Assembly (NCBI GenBank): GCA_963812135.1 | Contig: CAWETU010000001.1 | Span: forward strand, 1,472,001 to 1,536,000 | Direction of reading: 5' to 3' | From: Vulcanimicrobiota bacterium | GTDB taxonomy: Bacteria > Vulcanimicrobiota > Vulcanimicrobiia > Eremiobacterales > Eremiobacteraceae | DNA: 64,000 nt | In this document: positions 38,203-48,717 of the stretch, in pieces | Layout of the letters: each line of letters opens with the position of its first letter | Position numbering within the stretch: the stretch's first letter is position 1 | Notes under the pieces: model-generated | Databases searched by the model: none | The model's input: only the letters and a program-made list of their open reading frames with translations | Told to the model about the DNA's origin: nothing | Translations under genes and position numbers: made by a program

Positions 38203-40589
38203 ACGAGCGCATCTGCGTGGACGTCGTGGTGGACGTCCCAAGCTCCCAAGTCGACCGCGCCTATACGTATCTGACAGACGGCCACGCGCCGTCGCTCGGC
38301 GCGAAAGTGCGTGTGCCGTTCGGCGGGCGCGTCGTCGGCGGCTGGGTGATCAGCGAACCGGTCCACCTGCCTGGTGAAGACGGCGAGCTCAAGCCGATCG
38401 CCGCGATCGAGGATCCGGCCTCGCAGTTCGGCGCCGAGGCGGTGCGTCTGGCCGCGTGGCTTCGCCGGCGCTACGCGTGCACGTTCCGCGAAGCGCTCAG
38501 CGCAGTCGCGCCGCGAACGCTTGCCGGCGGTGACCGCTCGGCATTCGCTTTTGCAAAGCCTCCGTTGCCGGGCGACCGGATCGGTGTGATGCTCCATCGC
38601 GCGTTCGGCGAGCGGCCGTTCAGCGCGCTCGCCGCGTCGCGCGCGGCCGCTCGCGCGAAGCTGCGCATGCCGGCCGCCCGACTGGGCGCGGAACTTGCCG
38701 GCCTTGTCCGGCGAGGTATCCTCACACGCTCATCGGGGAAAGGCGCGGGCGCCACCAAACCGACGCAACGGCCGCAAATCGCGGTGCTCGTCGACGCTGG
38801 GTCAGCCCGCGGAAAAGTGCAGCAGCGGCTGGTGGACGCGCTCGCGCAAGCCGAGGGCCGGCTGCCGTTAGCGGAGGCGCGCCGCCGCGCCGGGGCATCG
38901 GCCGACGTCATCCGCCGCGCGGCACGCGCCGGCACGATCAGAATAGAAGAAGAAGCGCGTGACGTCACGCCCGCGGCATGGGCCACGGGCGCCCCCTTCA
39001 CGCCGACCTCGGAACAGCGCCACGCCATCGAGACCATCGACGAACTCGCGCGCGGCGAGGGCGGCGTCGCCTTGCTGCATGGCGTCACCGGGTCGGGCAA
39101 GACATTCGTGTATTCAAGACTCGTCGACCGCGTCCGCGAACGCGGCGGCCGTGCCATCGTCCTCGTGCCCGAGATCGCACTCACGCCGCAGACGGCGTCG
39201 CGCTTTCGCGCGATCTTCGGTTCGCGCGTCGGCGTGCTGCACAGCGGCCTGTCCGCCGGCGACCGCGCACGCGTGTGGGAAGACGCTGCGGCCGGCGAGC
39301 TTGACGTCGTCGTCGGCGCCCGGTCTGCGGTGTTCGCGCCGTTGCCGCAGCTACGCCTGATCGTCGTCGACGAAGAGCACGAACCTTCATACAAGCAGGA
39401 CGTCGCGCCGCGCTACGACGCGGCGGCCGTCGCACGCGAGCGCATGCGCGGCGCCGGCGGCGTCGTGGTGCTCGGCAGCGCGACTCCGAGCCTCGAGACC
39501 TACTGGGAAGCGCAATCGGGCACGATCGCCTACGTGCCGATGCGCACCCGCGCCACCGAGGCGCCGTTGCCTCCGGTGGACATCGTCGATCTGACCGGCC
39601 AGCATGGCCCCAGCAAAGGCAGGGCGATCGGCCCGGCCTTGCTCGAGGCGATGGAGCGCGCGCTCACGCGCGGCGAAAAGGTGCTGCTGTTCGTGAACCG
39701 GCGCGGCTATGCCGGCGTGCTGCTGTGCCGGGCGTGCGGTTTCGCGCCGCGCTGCAAACGTTGCGCGGTTTCGCTCGTCATGCATTCGGCTGACGGTTCG
39801 CTGCGCTGCCATATCTGCGGCGACGCGTTCCGCATCCCCACCGCGTGCCCGAAATGCTCGGCCCTCGATCTGCGGCCCTACGGCTTCGGCACGCAACGGG
39901 TCGAGGAAGAGATCGCAGAACTGCTGCCGAGCGCCAAGGTGGTCCGGATGGATTCGGATACGACTGGTGCCCGCGGCTCGCACGCGCGCCTGCTCGACTC
40001 CTTCGGCAGCGACGCGAACGTGCTCGTCGGCACGCAGATGGTCGCCAAAGGATTGGATTTTCCGACGGTCACCCTGGTCGGCGTCGTATCGGCAGACCTG
40101 GACCTCAACCGTCCGGATTTCCGCGCGGCCGAGCGCACCTTCGCGCTGCTCACGCAAGTCGCCGGCCGCGCGGGCCGCGCGGCGCCCGGCAGCCGCGTCA
40201 TCGTCCAGACCTACTCACCGCAGCACTATGCCGTGCGGCTCGCCGCGACGCACGACTACGAGGCGTTCGCGAAGAAGGAGCTCGGACTGCGTCAGGAGCT
40301 GCGCTATCCGCCGTTCGGCCGGCTCGCGTACGTCGGCGTCTCCGGTGTCGACCTCAAAGCGGTCAGCGCGACGGCGGAGCGGATCGCCGCGTCGTTGCGC
40401 GCGCAAGCGCCAGGCGTCGAAACGCTCGGACCCGCCCCCGATCCGCTGCCGAAGGCGCGGGGTGAGTATCGTTTTCGGGTGGCGTTGAAAGCGGCGAGCG
40501 AAGAAGCGCTGCTCGACGCGTGCGCGCTCGTCGCGACCTTGGCGCGCAGTCGCGATGCGCGCGTCAGCGTCGTCGTGGACCCGCGCTAG
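38199..40589 (+). CDS. priA: primosomal protein N' helicase
   Basis: GVTGSGKT, VPEIALTPQ, DEEHE.SYKQ, Cys-rich region, GTQMVAKGLDF and QVAGRAGR. Confidence 0.96.
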   Translation: MNERICVDVVVDVPSSQVDRAYTYLTDGHAPSLGAKVRVPFGGRVVGGWVISEPVHLPGEDGELKPIAAIEDPASQFGAEAVRLAAWLRRRYACTFREALSAVAPRTLAGGDRSAFAFAKPPLPGDRIGVMLHRAFGERPFSALAASRAAARAKLRMPAARLGAELAGLVRRGILTRSSGKGAGATKPTQRPQIAVLVDAGSARGKVQQRLVDALAQAEGRLPLAEARRRAGASADVIRRAARAGTIRIEEEARDVTPAAWATGAPFTPTSEQRHAIETIDELARGEGGVALLHGVTGSGKTFVYSRLVDRVRERGGRAIVLVPEIALTPQTASRFRAIFGSRVGVLHSGLSAGDRARVWEDAAAGELDVVVGARSAVFAPLPQLRLIVVDEEHEPSYKQDVAPRYDAAAVARERMRGAGGVVVLGSATPSLETYWEAQSGTIAYVPMRTRATEAPLPPVDIVDLTGQHGPSKGRAIGPALLEAMERALTRGEKVLLFVNRRGYAGVLLCRACGFAPRCKRCAVSLVMHSADGSLRCHICGDAFRIPTACPKCSALDLRPYGFGTQRVEEEIAELLPSAKVVRMDSDTTGARGSHARLLDSFGSDANVLVGTQMVAKGLDFPTVTLVGVVSADLDLNRPDFRAAERTFALLTQVAGRAGRAAPGSRVIVQTYSPQHYAVRLAATHDYEAFAKKELGLRQELRYPPFGRLAYVGVSGVDLKAVSATAERIAASLRAQAPGVETLGPAPDPLPKARGEYRFRVALKAASEEALLDACALVATLARSRDARVSVVVDPR

Positions 40590-41354
40590 TCAGAAGGAAG
40601 CGCCGAGGCCGACCTGCAGCGCGCTTAGCGACGTCGGCGACGAGTTTTGATTCGGATAGCCGAGGTACTCGTACCCGAGCCGGAACAGCAGCCCTGATTT
40701 GCCCGGGCGCACGACGATGCCGGCGTTCGCGGCCGTGATGCCGGCGGTGCCGCCCAACATGCGCGCCGACGGATAATAGAAGACGCCGCCATACGGTGAC
40801 ACCGGGTGCCGGAAGTCCGGCAAGAAGACGGCTGCGACGCCGACCGAGTTCGCGGACGTATTGCCTGACGAGCGCTGCCACGAGCCGTAACCGACACCGA
40901 GGGCGGCGCGGCCGCCGCCGGGCATGTAGAGCAGCGCGCCTTCGCTCAGATTGACGACTGGGTTGTCGCCGCCATGGATCGAGTAATCATGGAAGCGCAG
41001 CAGCGCGGCGTAGGTGCTGGAGAACCTGCCGGTGACCTCGGCGTTAAATCCTGATGCGTTCGACGCGGGAAACGGCGACGGTGGGGCGGTCGTCGCGATG
41101 CGCGGTGGGATCACGCCGCCCGCGGCGCTCCCTGACCCGTAGCCGAGAATCACGTACCCATTGCCGATCGGCCCGGGGGTGCCGGTCGGCGTCGGGCTTG
41201 CGAAGGGGTTTGTCGACGGAGGCGAAGCGCTGCCGCTGGGTGCGGGCGTTGATTGCGGCCCGGTGCTGTTCTGCTGGCCGCCTGCAGCGCCCAACGCGGC
41301 CATCGCCGGCAGCAACGCCGCGGCGAGAGCGCAGACGATGAGGGGAACGCGCAA
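40590..41354 (-). CDS. secreted protein, probable outer-membrane beta-barrel
   Basis: signal peptide, Pro/Ser linker, alternating beta-strands, C-terminal Phe (VGLGASF). Confidence 0.6.
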   Translation of the reverse strand: MRVPLIVCALAAALLPAMAALGAAGGQQNSTGPQSTPAPSGSASPPSTNPFASPTPTGTPGPIGNGYVILGYGSGSAAGGVIPPRIATTAPPSPFPASNASGFNAEVTGRFSSTYAALLRFHDYSIHGGDNPVVNLSEGALLYMPGGGRAALGVGYGSWQRSSGNTSANSVGVAAVFLPDFRHPVSPYGGVFYYPSARMLGGTAGITAANAGIVVRPGKSGLLFRLGYEYLGYPNQNSSPTSLSALQVGLGASF

Positions 41355-41356
41355 GT

Positions 41357-41605
41357 TCAGCGTTTGGCTGTTGCGGCGGCGCGCTTGGCGAGCCGCGATT
41401 TCTTGCGATTGGCCTTGTTCTTATGGATGATGCCGCGCGCGGCGGCCTTGTCATGCACGGAGGCAGAAGCCTTGACGTTCGCGCTGGTGGGGTCATCGAC
41501 GGCCTTCTTATAAGCCGACTTCAGACCGCTCTTAACCGCGAGGTTTCGTTTTTGACGCTTTTCTGAGGCGCGCGTCCATTTCTTGGCCGATTTGATGTTG
41601 GGCAC
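41357..41605 (-). CDS. rpsT: 30S ribosomal protein S20
   Basis: PNIKSAKK...N...KS..K...DKAAARGIIHKNKANRKKSRL. Confidence 0.96.
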   Translation of the reverse strand: MPNIKSAKKWTRASEKRQKRNLAVKSGLKSAYKKAVDDPTSANVKASASVHDKAAARGIIHKNKANRKKSRLAKRAAATAKR

Positions 41606-41695
41606 GTGTTGAAGACTCCTTGTCGATTGCAAAAGACGCTAAATGATAGCACGAAACGAGCGCATGCGGCAAGGGTAGGCGCGGGGACATGCGCG

Positions 41696-42544
41696 ATGCA
41701 TGAGGAAAACGTCGCTGTGAACGCAGCTTTTCTGCGCGTGCTCGCGTCGCCTGTGCCGGCTACGGCCACGGTCGACGCCGTTTGCGACGCGCTGGGGCCT
41801 TATGCCACGACATTGCAGCCCGTGCTCGATCCAGACATGGATTGTGTTGTCTGGAACGCGGCGCAATGCAGCGACGTCGATGACGCGCTTGAGGCGGTGG
41901 CGGGGCCGTTGCGGAGGTGCGCGCCGGGCAGCATCTTCACATTCGACGTTCAAGGCGGCGACGCGGCGACACCCGACAGCGTGATGCGGCTCGGTGCGGC
42001 CTTGAGCGTATCGCTCGATGCGCCGGTCTACGCCGCCCAACGCGCGGTGCCGGCATCTGAATGGACCGCGCTCGCACCGATCGCCTTGGGCGTGGCCGGA
42101 TTCGATGTCCGCGCGGCGACGCCGACGCACGCGCGCGACGGATCCGCGTTTCGCGGCGCATCGCTTTCGGTCGGCGCGCCGACCGTGCTTTTCAAAGTGC
42201 GCCTCCATGGCGTTCCAGGCGAAGCGCTCGCGCGCATCTGTCACGCCGCCGGCGATTCGCGCGGCGGGCTGTTGCACATCGGCGCCTATCCAGGCATCTC
42301 GGTGCTGTCCGGCGACCCGTTCGTCTTGCTCGAATGCAGCGATGTCGTCAAATCGCCGCTGCACCGCGCATTGGAACTCATCGACATCGAGTGCGCGCGC
42401 TATGGCGGCAGCGTCGGACTCGGCGTGGCGCTGTCGCACATCCCGCTCGCAGCGTTGACCGGGACCTTGGCGAGCCGCATGGGTTTGGACGCGCAGCCGG
42501 CGCAGATCATCGAAACGCGTCTGCGCGAGGCGGAGCCCCGGTGA
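41696..42544 (+). CDS. divergent glutamate formiminotransferase-like protein
   Basis: C-terminus PLHRALELIDIECARYG..V......IPLAAL...QIIETRL resembles the FTCD formiminotransferase C-subdomain. Confidence 0.45.
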   Translation: MHEENVAVNAAFLRVLASPVPATATVDAVCDALGPYATTLQPVLDPDMDCVVWNAAQCSDVDDALEAVAGPLRRCAPGSIFTFDVQGGDAATPDSVMRLGAALSVSLDAPVYAAQRAVPASEWTALAPIALGVAGFDVRAATPTHARDGSAFRGASLSVGAPTVLFKVRLHGVPGEALARICHAAGDSRGGLLHIGAYPGISVLSGDPFVLLECSDVVKSPLHRALELIDIECARYGGSVGLGVALSHIPLAALTGTLASRMGLDAQPAQIIETRLREAEPR

Positions 42545-43884
42545 ACGAGCTCTTCGGCACCGATGGCGTGCGCGGCGTCGCGAACGAGTTTTTGACGCCC
42601 GAGCTCGCGTTCGCATTGGGCCGTGCCGGCGGCTACGTCTTGGCGTCACACGGCGCAAAACGGCCGGTACTGGTCGGGCGCGACACGCGTATGTCCGGCC
42701 CCATGCTCGAATCGTCTTTGTGCGCCGGTCTTGCATCGGTCGGACTGGACGTGTGGAAGTTGGGCATCATCCCCACGCCGGGCGTCGCGTATCTCACCAA
42801 GGCGCTGCACGCCGCGGCGGGCGTGATGATCTCGGCTTCCCACAATCCGATCGAAGACAACGGCTTCAAGTTCTTCGCCTCGGACGGCGCCAAGCTGGCC
42901 GACGCGATCGAGGATGAGATCGCCGCGCGCGTCGCAGCACACGTCGCGTTACCCCGACCGACGGGCGACGAAGTCGGTGAGATCATGGAACGGCGCCGCG
43001 TCGTGCGCGCCTACGAACGGCACTGCGTGTCGCTGGGGACATCGCTCGCCGGCACCACCGTCGTGGTCGACGCCGCGTTCGGCGCGGCATACGCCATCGC
43101 ACCGCGCGTGTTCGAAACGCTCGGCGCCACGGTGGTGCCGCTGCACTGCAAGCCGGATGGCCGGCGCATCAACGTGCGCTGCGGGGCGACGCAACTCGAG
43201 CCGCTGCGCGCGGCGGTCGCCGCTCATCCCGGCAGCGTCGGCGTCGCGTTCGACGGCGATGCCGACCGTGCGTTGTTCATCGACGAACGCGGTGGCGTCG
43301 TCACCGGCGATCACATCCTCGCGATCTGGGCCAAGGAACTATCGGCTGCGGGCGCGCTTCCCAAGCGGACGATCGTGGCGACGGTCATGAGCAACATCGG
43401 TTTGGAACGCGCGCTTGCCGAGTCTGGTATCGCGCTCGTGCGCACCGCGGTCGGCGATCGATATGTGATCGAGGCGATGCACCGCGGCGGCTATCGCATC
43501 GGCGGGGAGCAATCGGGCCATATCATCGACCTCGAGGCCAACACGACCGGCGACGGTATCGCGACTGCGGTGAAACTGCTGAGTTTGCGCAAGGCCGCCG
43601 GTTCGCTCGCAGAGCTCGCGGGCATCATGCGCGTGTACCCGCAGGTCTTGCTCAACGTGCGCGTCAGCGATAAGCGCAAGGTGCAAGAAGACGCCGAGGT
43701 GGTGCGCGCCATCGACGCGGCAGTCGCGGCGATGGACGGCTCCGGCCGCGTGCTGGTGCGTCCTTCAGGCACCGAGCCGCTGGTCCGGATCATGGTCGAA
43801 GGCCCAGACGAGACGCAGATACGGCGCGTGGCCGAGGCGGTCGCCGCAACCGTCCAAACCGTCTCGTCCCGCATTGAGACCTAG
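42541..43884 (+). CDS. glmM: phosphoglucosamine mutase
   Basis: LFGTDGVRGVAN, ISASHNP, FDGDADR, GGEQSGH and RPSGTEPLVR motifs. Confidence 0.96.
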   Translation: MNELFGTDGVRGVANEFLTPELAFALGRAGGYVLASHGAKRPVLVGRDTRMSGPMLESSLCAGLASVGLDVWKLGIIPTPGVAYLTKALHAAAGVMISASHNPIEDNGFKFFASDGAKLADAIEDEIAARVAAHVALPRPTGDEVGEIMERRRVVRAYERHCVSLGTSLAGTTVVVDAAFGAAYAIAPRVFETLGATVVPLHCKPDGRRINVRCGATQLEPLRAAVAAHPGSVGVAFDGDADRALFIDERGGVVTGDHILAIWAKELSAAGALPKRTIVATVMSNIGLERALAESGIALVRTAVGDRYVIEAMHRGGYRIGGEQSGHIIDLEANTTGDGIATAVKLLSLRKAAGSLAELAGIMRVYPQVLLNVRVSDKRKVQEDAEVVRAIDAAVAAMDGSGRVLVRPSGTEPLVRIMVEGPDETQIRRVAEAVAATVQTVSSRIET

Positions 43885-44054
43885 GTCACAGCTGGAAGGG
43901 AGGGCTGCCAACCCACGGCACGAAGCTGCGGGCTAGGCAAGACGCGACGCGATAAGACGCGGCGTCCTGCGGTGATTAGGACCCCTTCGAACCACGCTGC
44001 CGCCTCGCATCAGAGCCGGCCTCACAACTTTACCCAGCGTCACTGAGGGTTGCC

Positions 44055-44864
44055 ATGCGCCGCAGCTTTGCTGTTACGTTCTTCCTAAGTTTGTTGCTTT
44101 CGGTCGCGCCCGCCGCGGCCGACTCGATCACCCACACCGTCGTGGCCGGCGATTCGCTTTCCACCATCGCCGAGCGCTTCGGCGTCTCGGTCAGCGCGCT
44201 CGAAGCGCGCAACCACCTCACCGACGCAAGCGTGCTCCAATTGGGGCAGCAGATCGTCGTGCCGGTCCACGTCCACCACCCCGCGACGGCCATGCATCCC
44301 GCGCCGGCCGCGATTCCCTCGCTGCAGATGAGCGTCGCGTTGCACGCGGTCCACACAGGCACGAGCCGTTCGCACTCGTCCAGCCAATCGACCGCCCGCA
44401 TCGCCGCCTCGCGCGCCCTTTGGGCCGCGACGCACGTCGGTTCGGTGCCGCCGGACTTCCCGGGCATGCAGCCCTTCGAGCTGGCGCAACACGTGCTCAC
44501 GCTCGACGCGCAGATCACCCGGACAGCGCTGCGTTATCTCGGCGTCCCCTACATGTGGGGCGGCACGAGCTTTAACGGCGTCGACTGCTCGGGATTCGTC
44601 CAATCCGTGTTCGCCAAGAACGGCATCTCGCTGCCGCGCATGGCCGACGAGCAGTTCAGCGTCGGGCACCGCATCGCGGCGAAACTGCTGATGCCGGGCG
44701 ACCTGGTGTTTTTCGAGACCTATACGAGCGGCGCATCGCACGTCGGGATCTATCTCGGCGGCGGTAAGTTCATCCACGCATCGATGCGCGGCGTCGTCAT
44801 CGATGCGCTCAGCATGGATTATTACGCGAGCCGCTATATCGGCGCGCGCCGCCTCGTCCAATAA
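44055..44864 (+). CDS. secreted LysM + NlpC/P60 peptidoglycan endopeptidase
   Basis: signal peptide, LysM (HTVVAGDSLSTIAERFG), YMWGG..DCSGF, HVGIY and FIHAS. Confidence 0.93.
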   Translation: MRRSFAVTFFLSLLLSVAPAAADSITHTVVAGDSLSTIAERFGVSVSALEARNHLTDASVLQLGQQIVVPVHVHHPATAMHPAPAAIPSLQMSVALHAVHTGTSRSHSSSQSTARIAASRALWAATHVGSVPPDFPGMQPFELAQHVLTLDAQITRTALRYLGVPYMWGGTSFNGVDCSGFVQSVFAKNGISLPRMADEQFSVGHRIAAKLLMPGDLVFFETYTSGASHVGIYLGGGKFIHASMRGVVIDALSMDYYASRYIGARRLVQ

Positions 44865-44929
44865 CCCTCGTCCCCATCCGTATCCGCCGGGACTAATCAG
44901 ATCCGCGTCGAAAGCGGTTCCGCGCGCGT

Positions 44930-45002
44930 TGGGGCGTCGCCAAGTTGGTAAGGCACCAGCCTTTGGAGCTGGCATTCGAAGGTTCGAGTCCTTCCGCCCC
45001 AG
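44930..45002 (+). tRNA. tRNA-Gln (anticodon TTG), CCA not encoded
   Basis: cloverleaf: TGGGGCG/CGCCCCA acceptor stem, CCAGC-CTTTGGA-GCTGG anticodon arm, GGTTCGAGTCC T-arm. Confidence 0.95.
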
Positions 45003-45040
45003 TCATCCGGTCCGGCTAGCTCAGCCGTATCCTTAGAACA

Positions 45041-45625
45041 GTGGATAGTGTGACCGCGCAGAACGTGACGGACGATCAGGTCATGGCGGCGCTGGCGCAA
45101 GCGGACCTGCATGCGCTGGACGCGCTGTATGACCGCTACGCCAAGCCCGCATATGCGCTTGCGTATCGCATCGTGGGCGAACGCGGCGCGGCAGAGGACG
45201 TGGTCCAAGAGTCGTTCCTCTCGGCCTGGCGCCAGGCCAAGTCGTATCGCCGCGAGCGTGGCAGCCCGCGGACGTGGCTCATGTCGATCGTGCACCATCG
45301 CGCGATCGACCGGTTGCGCGCGAGCGCGGCGGGCCGCGTCGCGATGTCGCTCGATGAAGTGCCCGATGGGCCGGCCGAGGCTCCCGGTGTGTGGCAGCAG
45401 GTCTGGGCGAGTCTGCGCGGCGACGCGGTGCGCCACGCGCTCGACCGCCTGCCGCCCGAACAGAAGAAGAGCATCGAGCTTGCCTATTTTTCCGGCTACA
45501 CGCAGAGCGAGATCGCAGAACTCATGGGCGTGCCGCTCGGCACGGTCAAAGGCCGTATGCGCATGGGTCTCATGAAGCTGAAGAGCGCGCTTGAAGCGCC
45601 CGAGCTGGGGCTGTCCGGCGCATGA
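45041..45625 (+). CDS. ECF sigma factor (SigK-like)
   Basis: LYDRY, AEDVVQESF, HHRAIDRLR, ELAYFSGYTQSEIA...PLGTVKGRMR. Confidence 0.92.
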   Translation: MDSVTAQNVTDDQVMAALAQADLHALDALYDRYAKPAYALAYRIVGERGAAEDVVQESFLSAWRQAKSYRRERGSPRTWLMSIVHHRAIDRLRASAAGRVAMSLDEVPDGPAEAPGVWQQVWASLRGDAVRHALDRLPPEQKKSIELAYFSGYTQSEIAELMGVPLGTVKGRMRMGLMKLKSALEAPELGLSGA

Positions 45626-46450
45626 GCGACATGCACATCACCGACCTGTCCGCCGGTTACGCGCTCGGCGCGCTTGCGCCCGGCGAGCGCGCGGCCGTCG
45701 ACGCGCACATCGCCGGCTGCGCGGACTGCCGCGCCGATGTCGGCGAGCTGCTGGGCGTGGCGGGAATGCTTCCGCTCGCGTGCGAGCAGACGCCGGCGCC
45801 CGCTGGCCTCAAGGCGCGGATCCTCGACGCGGCGTCGGTTGACGTGCGCGCGCAACAGAACATCGCCCGCCGCGGGGCAGAAGCGCCGCGGCCGTCCGTC
45901 GTGCCGCGCGCAAGCGGACATATTCCAGCGATGTGGGGCTGGTTTGCCAGGAGCTGCGGCGGCTGCCGCGATCGTGTTGGGTGGGTTCGCAGCCCACGAA
46001 TCCGGCGAGCGCGTGGCGATGCAGCAGCAACGCGATTCGCTGTCGGTCGACCTCGCGCAGGCGCGCCGCTTAGGAGCGATCGCACAGCAGCAGGCCGACG
46101 CGGGCCATGCGGTGATGGCGGCGTTGGCGAGCGGCACGTATTGGACGGCGCCTGCGCATCAGGACCGCAGCGGCCGGATGTGGCGGCTCTCGGTGCTCCA
46201 GCCTCCCACGCGCGGCCACAACGGCATGCTGCTCGCGAGCGTGCCCGAGCCGCCGCGCGGCATGGCGTATCAGATCTGGGTGAAGCGCAACGGCACGCCG
46301 CACAAGGCCGGGATGGTGATGCACGGCGGCATGACGATGATGGACATGCCGATGCCGCTGCGCAAGGGCGACATGGTGGCGTTCAGCGTCGAGCCGATGT
46401 CCGGCAGCGCCGCGCCGACATCGCCGTACGTGATGGCGATCATCCTCTAG
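45622..46450 (+). CDS. anti-sigma factor (zinc-binding ZAS + RskA-like); frameshift near 45945
   Basis: H...C..C motif, TM AAAAAIVLG, YQIW and FSVEP..GS..PT. Confidence 0.85.
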
Positions 46451-46454
46451 CGCG

Positions 46455-47594
46455 TCAGCGCTTGTCGATCGGCACGTATTCGACGCCGCGCGGGCCGACG
46501 TAGTTAGCTCGCGGGCGGATCAGCTTGTTGTCGGCGTATTGCTCGAGCACGTGCGCGCACCAGCCGGCGACGCGGCTCACCGCGAAGATCGGCGTGAAAT
46601 ACTCGGTCGGGAACCCGAGCGTGTAATAGACCGACGCGCTGTACAGGTCGACGTTCGGATAAAGCTGTTTGCGCTCCCAAACCGCCTGCTCCAAACGCTC
46701 GGTGAGGTCGACCCAACGCGTGCTGCCGGCGCGCTGACCGACTTCCTTGGCGATGGCTTTGAGCTCGGTCGCGCGCGGGTCGTACGCCTTGTAGACCGCG
46801 TGCCCGAAGCCCATGATCTTGTCGTGTTTGGCCAGTTTGCCGTCGAGCCACTCGTTGACCCGCTCGGGCTTGTCGATCTCGAGCAAATTCTTGATGACGC
46901 CTTCGTTGGCGCCGCCGTGCAGCGGGCCTTTGAGCGTGCCGATCGCCGACGTGATCGCGCTGTACATGTCGGACAGCGTCGCCGCCGTGACGATCGCCGC
47001 GAACGTCGAAGCGTTCATGCCGTGATCGGCGTGGAGGATGAGCGCGACGTCGAGGACGCGCGCGGCGTCGGGCTCGGGCTCCTTGCCGAAGAACATATAA
47101 AGGAAGTTCGCCGCATGATCGAGGTCGGGACGCGGCTCGACGAGCGCCTCGCCTCGGCTCAGGTTGTGGTAGGCGGCGAGGATGGTCGGAAAGATCGCGG
47201 TGAGCGTGATCGCCTTTTCCAGGCTCTCTTCGGCCGAGACGTCGTTGACGCGTGCGTCGAACAGGCCGAGCGCAGAGACCGCGGTGCGCAAGACGTCCAT
47301 CGGCGCGGCTGTGGCGGGCAGGTCCTTGAGGAGCATTACGAGCTGCGGCGGAAGCGCGCGGCGCTGCGAGAGCTTGACGCGCAGGCGGTCGAGTTGCGCG
47401 CGCGTCGGCAAGCCGCCGAACCAGAGCAAATAGCAGACCTCTTCGAACGTCGACCGGCGCGCGAGGTCGTGGATATCGAGACCGCGATAGATGAGCGCGC
47501 CTTCGTCGCCGTTGATGGACGAAAGACTCGTGTTGCCGACGACCGCGCCACGCAGGCCGGCTTCGGCAGGTGCAGGTGAAGGTGTGGAGATCAT
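46455..47594 (-). CDS. gltA: citrate synthase (or 2-methylcitrate synthase)
   Basis: HADHGMNASTF, GPLHGGANE, MGFGHAVYK..DPR, YPNVD and IRPR motifs. Confidence 0.92.
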   Translation of the reverse strand: MISTPSPAPAEAGLRGAVVGNTSLSSINGDEGALIYRGLDIHDLARRSTFEEVCYLLWFGGLPTRAQLDRLRVKLSQRRALPPQLVMLLKDLPATAAPMDVLRTAVSALGLFDARVNDVSAEESLEKAITLTAIFPTILAAYHNLSRGEALVEPRPDLDHAANFLYMFFGKEPEPDAARVLDVALILHADHGMNASTFAAIVTAATLSDMYSAITSAIGTLKGPLHGGANEGVIKNLLEIDKPERVNEWLDGKLAKHDKIMGFGHAVYKAYDPRATELKAIAKEVGQRAGSTRWVDLTERLEQAVWERKQLYPNVDLYSASVYYTLGFPTEYFTPIFAVSRVAGWCAHVLEQYADNKLIRPRANYVGPRGVEYVPIDKR

Positions 47595-47596
47595 AG

Positions 47597-48625
<1,029 letters not shown>

Positions 48626-48628
<3 letters not shown>

Positions 48629-48653
48629 TTCGCCTGGCGGAAGACGCCGATAC
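48626..48653 (+). promoter_or_regulatory. putative sigma28-type promoter (TAAT-N16-GCCGATAC) upstream of PilZ-PilB
   Basis: motif shared with the promoters in the pil locus. Confidence 0.55.
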
Positions 48654-48717
48654 TATAATGAGAGCCTGAGAACGCTCAGGTGTGATCGGGAGTACAGGCT
48701 CGCGATCCAGGGGGACG

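Noticed and set aside
43885..44054. Possible c-di-AMP or c-di-GMP riboswitch upstream of the LysM-NlpC/P60 gene
   Set aside because: Context is suggestive but I could not match the conserved ydaO or GEMM motifs; needs an Rfam scan
45010..45027. GGCTAGCTCAGC after tRNA-Gln resembling a tRNA 5' fragment or att remnant
   Set aside because: Too short; no anticodon arm, T-arm or matching direct repeat found
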